Shown: piece by piece, positions 35,131 through 48,720 of the stretch
How positions within the stretch are numbered: position 1 is the first letter of the stretch
How the letters are laid out: each line of letters begins with the position of its first letter
Assembly: GCF_001447785.1 (NCBI RefSeq)
Contig: NW_015167588.1
Location: 131,884-195,883 of the forward strand
Direction of reading: 5' to 3'
DNA: 64,000 nucleotides
Source: Gekko japonicus
Lineage: Eukaryota
Position numbers and translations under genes: made by a program
The notes under the pieces: generated by a model
Databases searched by the model: none
Told to the model about the DNA's origin: nothing
What the model saw: only the letters and a program-made list of their open reading frames with translations

Positions 35131-35228
35131 GGTTGTGGGGTATGGAGGCCCATCTTAGTATCCTGCACTCTGAGAGGCTGGATTGATTGTCGGCCACTCA
35201 TAAGGCTGGAACTCAAACTGCGGCTCAT
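35131..35228 (-). CDS. NDC80: NDC80 first coding exon (exon 2)
   Basis: MSRSLSSSLMSGRQSIQPLRVQDTKMGLHTPQ then GTAAGT donor; acceptor just upstream (exon start ~35242). Confidence 0.92.
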
Positions 35229-35329
35229 TATCGTAGGGTGAACTGCAAGGCAATTTGATGCTACTTTCAAACACTCGTTTTACACACACTGAATTCTGAG
35301 GAGGGCCTATATTATCACCAATTATTAGG

Positions 35330-35515
35330 AGGGGGGGGGGAGAAAGACAGAGAAAGACAGACAGACAGAGAAAGATGGGGGACCAACAGACAAAGAAGCA
35401 GAGAAAGACAGAGGGGGAAGAGAGACAGAGGGCAAGGTGAGAGAGAGGAACAGAGAGAAAGAGAAATTCAGAGGAGGGAGAGAGAGAGAGACGGGGAGAA
35501 AGACAGATTGAGAGA
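35330..35515. repeat. purine-rich (AG/AGAC) low-complexity repeat
   Basis: Poly-G followed by AGAC/AG repeats. Confidence 0.8.
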
Positions 35516-36058
35516 GTTAATGGTCACAGTACTGTTACACCAACTGCTTTATTTACAGCAAAGGCTAACTAAATTTAACATGAGTCCTGGCCAGCTTTTA
35601 CGGAGGTTGTGTCTACCCACAGAGTCTTAGTGATAGAGACAAGATGGGTGTTTTTCCAAAAAAAATTGTCTTTTTACTGAGCAATATTAACGTCACATAA
35701 CAGCACATACACACAAGATAGTCAGTCTCACTTTCACATGCACTCAAGTTCCTTTAGAATTACAGAAAGATATCAAAAATAGTTTCTCATTTACTTGGAG
35801 GTAGGTAGGTATTTCGGTTTATACTCGCCTGTTCGAGAAGTCTTATCTGTTGCAATGGAAGAATAGGGAGAAAGTAATACCTAGGGGTTTAAACTAACTC
35901 ACCCTTGCTAGAAACAGCCAGCAAGCATAAACCTCTTTGGCTGCAGTCCAAGAGATCTTAATGTAGACAAAGGGATTGTTGGATAGAAAGCTGGACCTTA
36001 GGGGTAGTAAAGAAGATAGAGGTCGTGGAGAAGGGAGGTGGCTAGCAAAGACCTAGGG

Positions 36059-36423
36059 CAGTGATGGCGAACCTTTTAGAGACCGAGTGCCCAAACTGCA
36101 ACCCAAAACCCACCCAAAGCAAACCTCTGCCCCCTGCACCCAAGCCACCCATGGCCTGGGTGCCTTCACCCACCCCACCTAAAACAAGCCCCTGCCCCCC
36201 AAACCCCCAGCAACTTACGCTTTTGCTGGCAGCGGTACGGCAAGCAGGGGCTTAGGCCCCGGTTGCCCAACGAATCAGCAAAAAAAAAGTTTTAAAAAAG
36301 TAAAAAAAACCCTTTCGCTTTCAAAGCAGGGAGGAACTCTGCGCTGAGGCGATGCTGTGCGTACCCACAGAGAGGAATCCAAGTGCCCACTCTGGCACGC
36401 GTGCCATAGGTTCGCCACCACAG
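36059..36423. mobile_element. hAT MITE
   Basis: TIR CAGTGATGGCGAACCT...AGGTTCGCCACCACAG; perfect TSD ACCTAGGG. Confidence 0.85.
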
Positions 36424-37384
36424 ACCTAGGGTTTGGCCTTTACTTTTATAGTTGAATCTACAGGTGGGTGGCACCTTGCCAAACTGTAATCCCACCTACT
36501 TACAAGTCCATCCCATAACTTCCCTCATTGGTGCATGTAGAAAGGGGGCAGGTATTCTATGGGTTGGGCAAATATTTGAAATTCTACACTATCTCATGGA
36601 ACACCATCTGGCCAGGTGTGAAGTCTCAGATTCCTGTGTCCTCTTTGAAGTACAGATGAATCTTGGCTTCACCAGGCGAACAAGGTACCATCAGCAGAAA
36701 ACAGTGATTCAAATGCAGATCAGGTCCATGTTCTGCGTGACATCTAGTCTTTTCAGTAATGGGGGAATTTCTTCTTCTTGGTTGTTGCCTCTGCCCACAA
36801 CGGCTAACATGTGCTTCTTCTTCCCATGAGCCTTTGAGCTGATTGTGTGCAAGCTACCTTAACATGATATGCAGGCAAGTGTTCCCTATGTGAATTCTCT
36901 CACAGTAGGTGATGCAAACAGCTTCCTTTGGCCTATGGTATACAGATGTGTGCACAGTCCATGTGTTGCTTGTGTAAACAGATATAAAACCATAAATTAG
37001 TCCATTTCTCAACAGCACTTGGCTTACATATTTGTTAGAGCTAACATAAAATGTCACAGACTACTTGTTGCATGTCACCACCTTAGAGCCCCACTGTTCA
37101 CATTTTTTCACTTTTGTATCTAAACTTATACCACAATCAAGCGACTAGTCTTTTTAGCTTGTCTTTAGACAAAATCACTAGATGCCCCACTTACACCCCC
37201 ATCAGAATCCTAGGGATGCCAACTTCGGGTCGAGAACTTTTTGGAGACTTGGGGGAGGGGGTGAAGCCTGGGGAGGGCAGGGTTTGGGGAGGGACTTCAA
37301 CGGGATATAGTGCCAGAGAGTCTACCCTCTAAGCCTCCATCTCCCCCCCCCCCAAGAGAACTGGAGATCAGTTACAGTTCTGGG

Positions 37385-37683
37385 CAGTGTTCCCTCTAAG
37401 CCGAGTTGGTGTGAGCTAGCTCACAGTTTTTTAGCCTCCAGCTCACGCATTTTTGTCTTAGCTCAGGAAGGAGGACTCCAGAGCAAACTGATTTATGCAG
37501 AAACCAAACCGCTTGCTCACAACTTTAATGCCAGTAGCTCACAAAGCAGAATTTTTGCTCACAAGACTCCACAACTCCTTTATGTATATTTTTATTGTTA
37601 TATTCGTCTTATTGTTTTAATCCTACCAATAAAATGTTAATGAGGAAAAAAAAAAAAGACTCCACAACTTAGAGGGAACATTG
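37385..37683 (+). mobile_element. hAT MITE family A, copy 1 (carries a 79-bp poly(A) retro-insertion)
   Basis: TIR CAGTGTTCCCTCTAAG...CTTAGAGGGAACATTG; perfect TSD GTTCTGGG. Confidence 0.88.
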
Positions 37684-37739
37684 GTTCTGGGAGGTCTCGC
37701 CTCATCTGGCGTTGTCTATCATGATCCCTATTCCCGCAT

Positions 37740-38530
37740 TACAGTTCCTGACTAGAGAAGCTATCGGCGGGCAATGAAACCACCTCACGCACCGAAAAAG
37801 AAGGCGGCGACAAAGCCAGAGCCCGAGGGAAAACCGGAGCGGCCCAACAGGCATCAGTGGGGTCTTCGAAAAGGTAACTGAGCCACCATTCATTCAAGCT
37901 TAGTTGGCCCCCGCAGGAGAATGTGGTGGAATGGATGGCGGATCCCCCCACAAACAGAAACGAAGCAAAACAAAAACCCTGTGAGGTTGGCACCCAGCCC
38001 CGCCCCGCCCCGGAGTGCCGCTGTCCATTTCTACCGCCTCATTTCATTTTTCTGTATACGTGAATCAGGAGTCAGAGAACCGCGCGTCGAGCTAACGCAA
38101 AAGCCTCTGACTGACCTTCGTCCCAATAGCCACAGTACAACGCCTCTGAGGCCGTCCAAAAGTGAGAGGGGTTCCGCCGCTGCTCGCCTCACTCTGTCGC
38201 TTACCGCTTTCTATGGTTTTCAAAAGTGCCCGCCAACCAAAACCGTCAACAAAGGCGTTCCCTCTACTGTGGAAGGGAGTGGAAGAAACCGAAGTCACGG
38301 CGGGGGCGTCACTTCCCATCTATACCGGAAGTTAGTTTCCATTGGCCGGGGCTGTGGGCTTGACAGAGACTGATTCGCGGCTATTGCCCGCGTTCACGAT
38401 CTGTTCGGATCTACAACAGTGTGAAGTTGAACACGCATGGATTTTGACTACGGTTGTTGATTTCCACGAGGGGGCTGAGCGCATGTGAATAACGCTTCTT
38501 CGTTTTCATACTGCTGGTTTATGGAAGGTA
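37740..38530. promoter_or_regulatory. bidirectional CpG-island promoter of NDC80 (-) and METTL4 (+)
   Basis: CpG-rich; minus-strand GGCGGG-CACT-TTTGAA (CDE/CHR) at 38219-38234; ETS CCGGAAGT 38325-38332; CCAAT (ATTGG) 38341-38345; minus-strand GTAAG donor at 38204 for a noncoding NDC80 exon 1. Confidence 0.85.
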
Positions 38531-40443
38531 GGGTCCCCCTGATGTCGCCTGATGTCCCCCAAAAACACACAACTGATGAAAATGTCCTCTTTTTGGGTTT
38601 GGAGGGTGAGCCTGTTTTGCCCTATAGTACCCTAGTGGAGGCAAGCTTCAGCTTAAATAGTAGGGATATTTAAAATGAGATTTGTCATAGTGATCAGTTG
38701 TTTGGAGGAGTCAGTCGGGAAATCTGTCCTCTTTTGCTTTTCAAAATATGGTAACCCTGTGGAAGATGAGTCTAAACTAGGGATCGAGCCAGGCTTTATA
38801 CTGTAGCAGCTCTGCAGATGGTGGGAAAGTATGTCTGTGTTAGATTGATGCGAAGAGCTCTGTTGGAGCCCACAGCTCACTCATTTAAATAAACACTTCA
38901 AAGCCCTGTCTGGGGTGTAAGCTCCAAGTAAGTGTGCAAGTAATGGAGGTACACCAGTCGTAAGATGTAGGCCTGGAAGTTATGAGTTCGAATGTCACCT
39001 CAGTCACAAACTCTCTACATGTTCTTGTACAGTAGCCCCACTTCTGTAGTATAGGACTGCAGAATTGTTTTACAGAATTGTTGTTAAGGGTTACCTTAAT
39101 GCCAGGGCCTATCTTTCTTAGCTTCTAAGATCAGGCTAGCCTGGGCCATCTGGGTCATGGTTAATGGGTCATTATCATACAGAAATGATAATCTGCAGTC
39201 CAGTACTAAGCAACTTACTCAGAGTCTGAGAGAAAAGCAGAGTATAAATATAGTAAAATAAATCTAGTCCTGCATCTTTCAATAGTATTGGTTTCAGACC
39301 TACTCTACTGCATTTATAGGTGAGGTATTACATTTTGAAAGTCCCCCCCCCCCAAAAAAAAAACCAGTTCCCTGTAAGTGGAAAATTAGCACAATATGCA
39401 AAGGGCTAGAATAAGGCTTCTCTTTTCTGTGTGCTGCTGGGTTTTGTTTTGTTAAATTTGTGTCATTTTCTGCACGGGGGATTTGATTTGTTTGATTTAT
39501 ATCCTGCCCGCATTCATAACTTGACCTTCTTCCCTGAAGCCTTGAAGTGGCACAGCTCGTTGTTCCATCTCATTCTACTGCATGTGTAGACCGGGCCTTG
39601 CTGTATTTATGACTGGAGCGCAAAAGACTTAAGACTGGCAGGATGTTTCCATGGCAATGAGCAGGCCCAAGATTCTCACACTCCACCTTTTATCCTTTCT
39701 TCTGTGAGTATATTGCATGGTTAATGAGGTGTTCCTTTCAAGTAAACATAGCTTTTCCTGGTTTGCTGATTACTATTGGTGATCCCTGGCCCAGAGAGTA
39801 TTTGGCTGTCCTCAACCAGAGCCAAGGCTTTTTAGGCCCTGGCTGTGGCCTGGTGGAACTCTGTGTCAAGTGAGACTCAGGCCCTGCGGGGTTCAATGCA
39901 GTTTCACAGGGCTTGTAAGACGGAGATGTTCCCCCAGGCCTATGATTGAGGACAATGGTGGTTTCTATCTGGGCTTTCTTCCCTCCCTTCCCCCCGTTCC
40001 TCGCCTCCTTTTCCTTTGTTTGCTATCCTCTATTTACCTAACTGTACGATATCTGTTTCCCCTTAGAGAAGGGACACTATGTTGTGCTTCCCTTTTATGT
40101 GCCATCTTATTGGTGCCAGTATTATTGTAAAAGTTGTCTTAATAGTTTTAATTTATGGATACTGTTGTTACCCACTCTGAGCCCTGTTGTAGGAGGGTGG
40201 GCTATAAATCTAATAAATAAAGAAATTGTGATTAAAAGAACGAGGGGAGGAGTGTGTGAGCTAGAGATCCCCTTTCATCCTCATCTTATGGTGACTTAGG
40301 TCCAAACTAAACGTTACATATGATATGACTCTTCTTTTTACAGCCAGATGTGATGCTGGGGAACTAACATTCCCACTCACACTGGGGCCCAATTTGCCTC
40401 AGGGTAAAAAGCACAGGAGGGACGGCTGAAGTTTCACACATAC

Positions 40444-41094
40444 TGTCATGACCCCCCGCCAACCAGCTCAGTGAGTCAGACTCAGAGTCCTCAGGGGAAG
40501 AGCCCAAGGAGGCCACCAGCCGAGGAGGACCAGGGAGAGCCCAATATGGCTGAGGTACCTGCTGACCATGGTCCAGCAGCATCCAGAAGCCATCTTGCCT
40601 GAGTCTACAATGGGGGCCTTGCCACCGGCCCCTGAAATAGTCACCAGGGCTCTTTGAGGCAGGACTAGGGCCCACAGTCTCCTGCGGAGCACTCTCCCTC
40701 TGCAGGAATGATGATGGCAGAAGGCCCAGGCCAAAGTGTCGCAAAGGAGGCGAACTGCTTGACTGGCTGCACAGAATCCCATCCCAGAGCCCGGGAATGA
40801 GAGCAATAATTCTTTGCAAGATCCTGGTCAAAGCACAGTGCAGCTACAGGAGTTTAACACCTGCCAGCAGGGCAGCTGTGCCTAATTACTTCTCAGTCTG
40901 TTTAAGCCAAGGCTTGGGAAAGCTGCACTGGTGGACCAACTGGTCAACTAGGCATATTCCTCTGTACCAGTTCCAGTGCCTTGTTCTCCAGCTCCTGGCC
41001 GCTAGCACCTGTCAATGCTCCCAGCCTCACTGTCTAGAGCTGAGGGCACTGCTTCAGACGAGACCTGACTAGGTGGGCCTGCAGTGCACAGGAC
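40444..41094. mobile_element. putative solo LTR (GC-rich)
   Basis: Termini TGTCATG...CAGGACA; near-TSD CATAC/CACAC. Confidence 0.5.
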
Positions 41095-43374
41095 ACACAC
41101 ACACCTGTGGTGCACTCCCAAACCAAATCAGGCCCCAGCATGCTTGGGAACATTAGTTCCCAAATTTCACATCTGGCTGTAAAAAGAACAGAGTTGAATC
41201 AAATGTGGTATCTAGTCTGGACTTGGTGTGGCCTCACAATTCCAGTAACCAAATGTCTGAATATTCCCTTGGATAACAGAGGTTCAGATAGTGACATTCT
41301 TGTAAAAGATGTCAGTGTTGTAATAACACTTCTGTAGCAGAAATACGCTAAGGATATTCAAATGTGTTCTTTGGTCAGATGTGACCAGATTATTGACACC
41401 ACTGAGCTATAACAATGATAAGAAGTTAAAAACAAAAAGTTGAATAATTAAGAATCATATTGTTGCCAACGCCCCAAGGGGGCTAAGGTTCTTTGACTTG
41501 TGTGGCTAGCTGATAAAGTAGACAGTAAAACAATCATCCAGGCAGTAAAGGTTAACAAAAGAATGTATTCGAATAAGGAACATCTCACAGCAAAGTTCAG
41601 TGTGGCTGTTCAATGAGCAAATACAGAAAGCAGACTTATATACTCTTCTTGCTCCTCCTTACTTTATATCATCACTGACATCACTTAGACATGCTCAGTT
41701 CAGTTTCCTTTGTCTGGCCAGTCATCAATCACATATTTGACACGCAGGATGTTACTTGGCTGTGTCTTAACTCCCACAATGCAGGTGCAGTGCTCATTAT
41801 ATTTGATTGATCTTTTGTTTACTTCTTTTGGTCATACTCCCAGACTCCTTTCACCTTTGAATGAACTTTCAGGCTGAGTTCATTTTCAGTATGAAACTCT
41901 GTCAGTTCTGTTACAAAATTAGTTTTTTTATATATTTATACAGGTATATATGTTACAAAAATACCTTTGCTGGAATTTTGTGATCTATCTCTATTGAAGA
42001 ATACATGGATACATTGAATTTCTGGAAAAATACAGTATTATAGCACTGTTTTCACAAACTCTTATATGTAGACTTTTCTAATACTATAAAGTAGCCTATG
42101 TTATAAAGCTCTTGTAGGTGTGCTGAATCTATGTATCAGTTTTTATTTTAGTCCATCAGAATATTTTTACAAAATATTAAAACATCTAAACTTCCTTATT
42201 TCATCAAGATATGTGATTCCACTTTAACCGACAGGTGTCACCCTTTTATAATACAAATTCTGTATTTCTAATTGACCCTTTTAGTGTCTTATGATTTAAG
42301 ATCCACCTGAACCTCTTAATTAACAGATGTGCATGATTCATCTCTGTGACATCATCTGCTTGTTAGTAGCTTGGTACTCTTCAAAAACCTCAAAGCACTC
42401 AATTTGGAACATCTCCCAACCTTCCTCGTTAGTTCTTTTAACAGCTTTAAACACAGTTCCTCAAAACATAACTACTTTTCTCTTCTTCAATAAACATACA
42501 GAAAGATTTTATCTATAAGCTTAATAACTTTCTATAGCATAGCTTAAAATTAATAAAGGATAGTTGCTTTTACAAATATCTTATACCTCTTCAGCCTTAA
42601 ACATAACATAACATTCTAAAAACACACCATCAGATCAAGAGAAGAGATTTCTCTCAGTTACAGTATATAGTCATCCTTTTGTTTATCCCAATTAGGCTCT
42701 CCTCTTTGAAGTAAAGGATGGAACAATAAATCTCAACATTGGCAGTGGTGCAAGCTTTCCCAATTAGAATTACTGGCATTACACCTATTCAATTTGTTCT
42801 ATTATTCCAGTTAAAAATGAAACCAGAGTCTTTTCTTCTTTATGTTGCAACATCCCAAACTTAAAGAGTAAACATAGTCTGGGCTTCCCTTATTGCTGAA
42901 ACTCACAAACCACTTCAATAAACATCTTAGTAAAAGCACCCTAAAACTGAAGCTTGTTTTCCATAGAGAATGCAACTGTATTCAACCCAATTAATTTCTA
43001 CATACCAATTATTTGCTAGGTCCTTTGAAGCAAAAGGATTCCATAATAAATCTTGCCCATGATAGGTTCTAATGAAAAGTTGGCTAAGTTAAGAGAAACA
43101 CCTGCACCTAACTCCCAATTAAAAAGGTTGACTCAGAGTTGGAAAAGCGAACTCTCCTTGTCAGTTAAAAATGATTTAAAACCATTGGCATTGTTTAGCT
43201 GTTTAGTGGCTTACAGGTTGCTAATTCTCCACTGGGAATCCCAAAGACTTTCCCGCCAAAGATTCCTGTAAAACAGCAATAATCAATAGAAAATCATTTG
43301 AACCCTTGGCACTTCCTACAATATGCTGTGCAGCAGATATTAGTCTCAACTTGACCTCTCCAGTGACCATCAGG

Positions 43375-43636
43375 CAGGGGTCCCCCACTTTTTGAGCTTG
43401 TGGGCACCTTTGGTGAGCACAGCCACAAAATTGCTGTCATAGGAGGGGCAGTCAGCCACAAAATGGCTGCTGCAGCTTACCTTCAGTTGCACAGTGAAAA
43501 TCCTTGTGCTATGGTGGCAGCTGCTGCTAAAGCAATGTTTTTAAAATCTGCACAGCAGCCGATCAAAAGCCTTGCTGGGCAGAAGCCCCCCGTACTTTCT
43601 AAGTACACTTGGCAGGCATCACATTGGCTACCCCTG
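43375..43636. mobile_element. degenerate hAT MITE just upstream of the METTL4 first coding exon
   Basis: CAGGGGT...ACCCCTG termini; TSD degenerate. Confidence 0.5.
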
Positions 43637-43751
43637 CCACAGAGTATTAGTGCTTTGGAATAATGGTTTGTTCCTGCTGTTTTCAGGGAGATACTGATTT
43701 TTAATCTGTCATTAGGTTCCGTCTGAAGAATAATGCCTTGAAAAACAGACA

Positions 43752-44171
43752 ATGGCTATTGTACATTGTCAGCCAGCAGGATGGCTACTGGATCATCTCT
43801 TCTTCATAAACCAATCTGGCTACCAGTTGTGCCGTGCCCATGAAGATCTTGTGGGAGCCTTTTCTGATGTGCCTTCTGCTGCTGCTTCCTCAGATAAGGA
43901 TCCTATTGTGGCTGCTACCTCAGTTACTTCAACCTCTTGCAGAAAAGGGTCTGTTTCTGAGCCTGGAGCTGCAGAGAAGAAATCACGTGAAATGCTGAAG
44001 AAGACACACTTGTTCAGGGAAGAATTTTTTAATGTGTTTAAGCCCCACATAGCTGCAGACTTTCAAAAGGAACTTCAGCAGGGGAGCTCTGAGGCTGGTC
44101 TAGAAGAAAAAGGATCAGAACAGCAGGAAGGGGCCAAGAGTGGCGAGTCTCATTCTGAAGCTGCTAAAAAG
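43752..44171 (+). CDS. METTL4: METTL4 first coding exon
   Basis: MAIVHCQPAGWLLDHLFFINQ...FREEFFNVFKPHI...AAKK then GT donor; resembles human MSVVHQLSAGWLLDHLSFIN. Confidence 0.93.
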
Positions 44172-45506
44172 GTACACTAGAGAGAGAGGGGGGGGAGAGG
44201 GAGAGGGAGATGTTTCTGCCGGGTACCCTTTCAATACCCCTGTGTTCAGAATTGTTGAAGAAAGGGAAACTAATCTCCCAGAAACATGAAATACGTTCTT
44301 ACAAATTACTTATGGAACTCATTGGCTTTTATATGCAACCATAGTTTACCTATGCTTTTAGCCCTCTACAGATATGTTAATAGCAATTATACTGCACTGT
44401 TATACTTTCACATTATGTATCCCATTATGTGGGTGGAATCAAATAAGTAAAATCTTAGTACTGGAACAGAACACAGAAAGCATTTTCTACCAGTGTGTCT
44501 GGAGATGCTGCTGGACTCAGGAGGACCAGACCCTCTACTGCTGCCATGGGAGATGCAGCTCTCGTCAGCCCCACCGCCAGTTGACAGAGAGCCTGGCAGC
44601 CTCCCAGGTGAATTGCTCCTCACCTTGCCCCCCAACTCCAGGCACAGGTAGAGGAACCAGCTGGGGCCCAAAATCAGGGTGGCCCCAAGAAGATGGCAGC
44701 CTCTGTAAGCCTCAGCAGAAGCCAAGGTGGGGCTGGTACAACCTACACCAAGGCAAACTAGGACAGAAGCCAGGGAAGGGCCAGAGAAGCCTGTGCCAGA
44801 GCAAGTACGCCCAATAGCCTGAGTGGGCAAAGGAAAAGCAGGGGTGGGGACTGATGGCTGACAGCCCTCTCACACAACCCCAGAATAATCAGTAGAGCAG
44901 GAGGGAATGCATTAAATATTTACAGTTGTCTGTTCTGAGCTTATGTTTATTGAGTGACCCTGTGTTACAGTGTTATGAGATAGTGGGAAAAAATTTTAAC
45001 CCGCCTTTTCCTTATTGGTACTTTTTTCCCCTTAAGGGTGTGGCCCCTCTTTTCCCAAGAGTACGAGCTTCCCTGAGAATTTAAAATCAGGATCTTTTAC
45101 ATCCAAGGCTACAATCATGGCTGTAGTCTAGACCAACAAGCTTGTCCTATTAATTCTGCTTATGTGGTTTAGACTGAAGTGGCTTTGGCCATGCCACAGA
45201 ATAGTAACCACTATAACAGTATGCAATAAGATAGGTCCAGGCAATCCTGGTACCAGGAGAAGCAATGTCAGTTGCATTCCTTCTTTGAGTTATTACCAGA
45301 GCAGGGGATCCAGAGATGTGAAAGCATTTCTCATACTATTAAAATAACATGAATCAGTCTTTGGTTGTCACTTTTTGTATTAACTCTTCAAACAATTTCT
45401 TCAAAAGCAAATTGTATCTTATAAAGGATCATGGCATTTGTCGTATCATTTGTTAATATTTTTAAGTGGTCGCATTACTGACATCTATGCATTTTGTTTA
45501 CTGTAG

Positions 45507-45572
45507 AAACGAAAAAGAAGAAGCAGTGTGTTAAATTACGGTGAACGTGATGCATTAGAATATCATTTAAAG
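45507..45572 (+). CDS. METTL4: METTL4 coding exon 2
   Basis: KRKRRSSVLNYGERDALEYHLK (basic NLS-like stretch). Confidence 0.92.
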
Positions 45573-46700
45573 GTCAGTCTGAAAAACTTGGTGGTCAAAT
45601 TGTTCATCTGCTGCGGGACTTCAGATGTACTCCTCAGTTGTTAGTTTAGAATTTATGTTTGCAAGTTTTTCTTGCCCCAAAGTTCATTATGCAAAAAGAT
45701 ACTTCTCAGGTAAAAGGCTGAATTTCAAAAATATTTTTTCCTGGCTATCACTTAAAAAAAAAAAAAGCTGCTGGTCTCTGAAAAAACTCTGGTTCCGTAT
45801 CTCCTTTACATCTCAGTGCAGAAATTAGACTGGCATGTTTGTATTTTAGTTGCAAGACACTTACCATGCCATCCTAAACACAGTTGCAGTCTTCTAAGTC
45901 CATTGAGGTCAATGGTTTTAGAAGAGTGTGACTCCATTTAAGATGGCATTATCATTTGTCTTAATGCCAAGTTTTATTTTAGTGGATTTGTCAGTCATTT
46001 TGTGTGCTTACATCAAAAGGGGACAGTAATTTAATTTCTGGAGCAATTACAAAGAAAGAGGAGGGGACAGAAAAAGATGTTCCTGTGTATGATTAAGAAG
46101 CCAAAGTTTTGCATCTCCCCACCCTTGACAGTTTGGCCAACTTGTCTTCTAGTTGGGCTGTTTGAACTGTCTTGGCGCTGCTCAGGCCTCAAGGCCCTGC
46201 TCTGATGGCCGTGTGTGTGTGTGTGTGTAAACTATTTTCAAAATCATCTTCTAACAGTAATTAGCTGTGCCGCTTGATACAGATGCACATACTTGGCTAA
46301 CTAATTGTAATTTCAAACATCATACAGAATTATCTATATTCATGTATTTTCTAAAAATATATACAAACTATGTTAATTCATTCTTGCTACTCTATCATGA
46401 GAAAGAATATAAAAAATAGAGATTACGCACTTCTCATAGATATGACTGTCTATTGGACTCCAACAAATACACTCATCTTGGAACTATATCATCACTTCTA
46501 CAGTTAGTTGGATGTTTTTGCCATTCTCACACACTGCTCAAACCTGTGTCCAGGCATATATTGTATGTATTGATATCAATTATATTACTCTAATCTGCTG
46601 TTCATCATCAATCTTCTGTGCAGTCCCATATGGATAGGTCCTTACAGCTAAATGCCTCCAGAGGGGGCTTGTGGGCCAAAAAAGGCTGAGCCATCTAGAC

Positions 46701-47577
46701 CAGGGGTGTCAAACATGTGACCCGTGGGCCGGATCAGGTCCCCAGAGGGCCCCAATCAGGCCCGCAAGGCCCTGGCTGTTTCCTACTTCCATTTGCAGTT
46801 CTGCTGCTGCTGCCATGTTACCGCTTGCTTTACCAGTCTCAGTCGCACAGGAGAGATCAATAGGCAAGGCTCACCTGTGCAATTGAGAGAGTCTGGTAAA
46901 GAACTGGCTGAGGCTCCTCCCTCTCCTCCTTCCAGGGGGAGGGAGGGAACAGCCAGAGCTAACTTCCTGGCCAGGCTGCAGGAGACAAAGGGCAGCCTTT
47001 CTTTCCTCCCACTGGCTGAGGCTCCTCCCTGAAGACAGGGAGGGAATGAGGGAGAGTTTGTTTTACTGGGCTGCCTCAATCACACGGGAGAAATAGCAAG
47101 CACCTTTAAGACTAACAAAGTTTTGTTCAAGGTATGAGCTTTTGTGTTCCTTGCTACAGTGCGTGTGTGTGTTTTGTTAGGCTGTTTATGCCAGGGCTCT
47201 CCTGGGTACAACTGGGTTCCCTCCCCCTTTTCACTGTATTCATGCCCTCATCATCCAGTCTTTCTCAGTGAGAAAGCAATGTGAACTATTTTAGAGGAGG
47301 AATCACAAGCCAGTGAGGTGGATTAGCCTGTGAGTGTTCACCCCCTTTGTAGGAAGTTGTAGTTATTTCTCTGGGGAAGAGTATAATTTTGTTGACAAAC
47401 ACGTGGCCCTCAGTCTGTGTTAGGATGCCTTCTTATGTTCTTGACTAGCACATGAAGCCACTTATGTACAAAAGGTTGCAATGCACAGCCCTTTCATGTT
47501 TTCCCCTGGGTCCTAGCCCAGCAAGGTCACATTTATGTCAGATCCGGCCCAGATAACAAATGAGTTCGTCACCCCTG
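46701..47577. mobile_element. hAT-Charlie-like non-autonomous element
   Basis: TIR CAGGGGTGTCAAAC...GTTCGTCACCCCTG; perfect TSD ATCTAGAC, matching the nTCTAGAn Charlie preference. Confidence 0.88.
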
Positions 47578-47694
47578 ATCTAGACCAAAAAATCTTAGTT
47601 GCAACAAAGTATATTTGGGTACATGAACAGTTACTACTTTCCCTATGAAAACATAACAGCTGGCAATTACTTTGTCTCTAGCACTAATCAGAAC

Positions 47695-47900
47695 CAATGC
47701 ACCCTCTAAGCTGTGGAGTCTTGTGAGCAAAAATTCTACTTTGTGAGCTACTGGCATTAAAGTTGTGAGCAAGCGATTTGACTACTGCATAAATCAGTTT
47801 GCTCTGGAGCCATCCTTCCTGAGCCAAGACAAAAATGTGTGAGTTGGAGGCTAAAAAACTGTGAGCTAGCTCACACTAACTCAGCTTAGAGGGAACACTG
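47695..47900 (-). mobile_element. hAT MITE family A, copy 2
   Basis: Reverse complement of the 37385 family; TSD ATCAGAAC/CCCAGAAC. Confidence 0.85.
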
Positions 47901-48720
47901 CCCAGAACATATGTATCCCTTGTAAGGCAGCAAAAAGAGAATGCTAGAGACAGATCAAACCAGCTGTGAACTCATTTCCCCTCCCATTATCCGTCTGCAC
48001 ACCTCTCTTCTGACCTCTTGTTTTCAACATATGAATGTTTTAGAAGGGCATTTTCATGCTTTGATTTTAAAATATCAAGAGAGTCTTATTCACAATTCAT
48101 TTACTATATTAAAGCCTTTCTTGTTGAGACTCAATGTAGAAAAATGGCACGGGACAAGAGTAGGATTACAAAATTAGAAACAATACAAAAAAAGTATCAG
48201 AAATGACATATCATAACCAATATAGTAAGATATGCGTGCAATATACAGTGGAATAGACTGTTCCCTTTATAAAAGCACCCTCCTGAACCATTCCATTATA
48301 CTACAGCCTTTATTCGTTTTGTAAAAATGCCCTTCTGAACAACTTTGTTTTACACATTTTTGCAGAATAATAGAAGGCAGGTTTTCCTGACATCCTCAGA
48401 CAAACCGTTCCACAAGGGGGAGCCACAACAGGGAATGTGCATGTATGGGCAGCTTTCAGTCTTACACATTTGTAGGGTGGCACCTTCAGTTGAGCAAAAC
48501 CGTCACAAAGGAGCATAGCAGGAGAGCCTGTCCTGCAGATATGAGGGTCCAAAACCGTGAAGGGCTTTGTGAGTGAGAACTAGTACCTTGAATTGAATCC
48601 AGAAGCTGCTATGTCATTGTTGGGAGAGGCTGCAGAATGGGAGTAACATGCATACTCTGCCTAGCTTCTGATTTTGGCTAGAATTTTAATTTTTCCTTTG
48701 TATCTTTTGGTATTGTACAG

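Larger units (their letters stand above)
8542..35228 (-). other. NDC80: NDC80 (Hec1) kinetochore protein gene, coding span; 16 coding exons, 655 aa
   Basis: Exon lengths 98,117,127,173,103,90,94,107,145,206,153,90,93,131,103,138 sum to 1968 nt; splice phases consistent; protein matches vertebrate NDC80. Confidence 0.97.
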
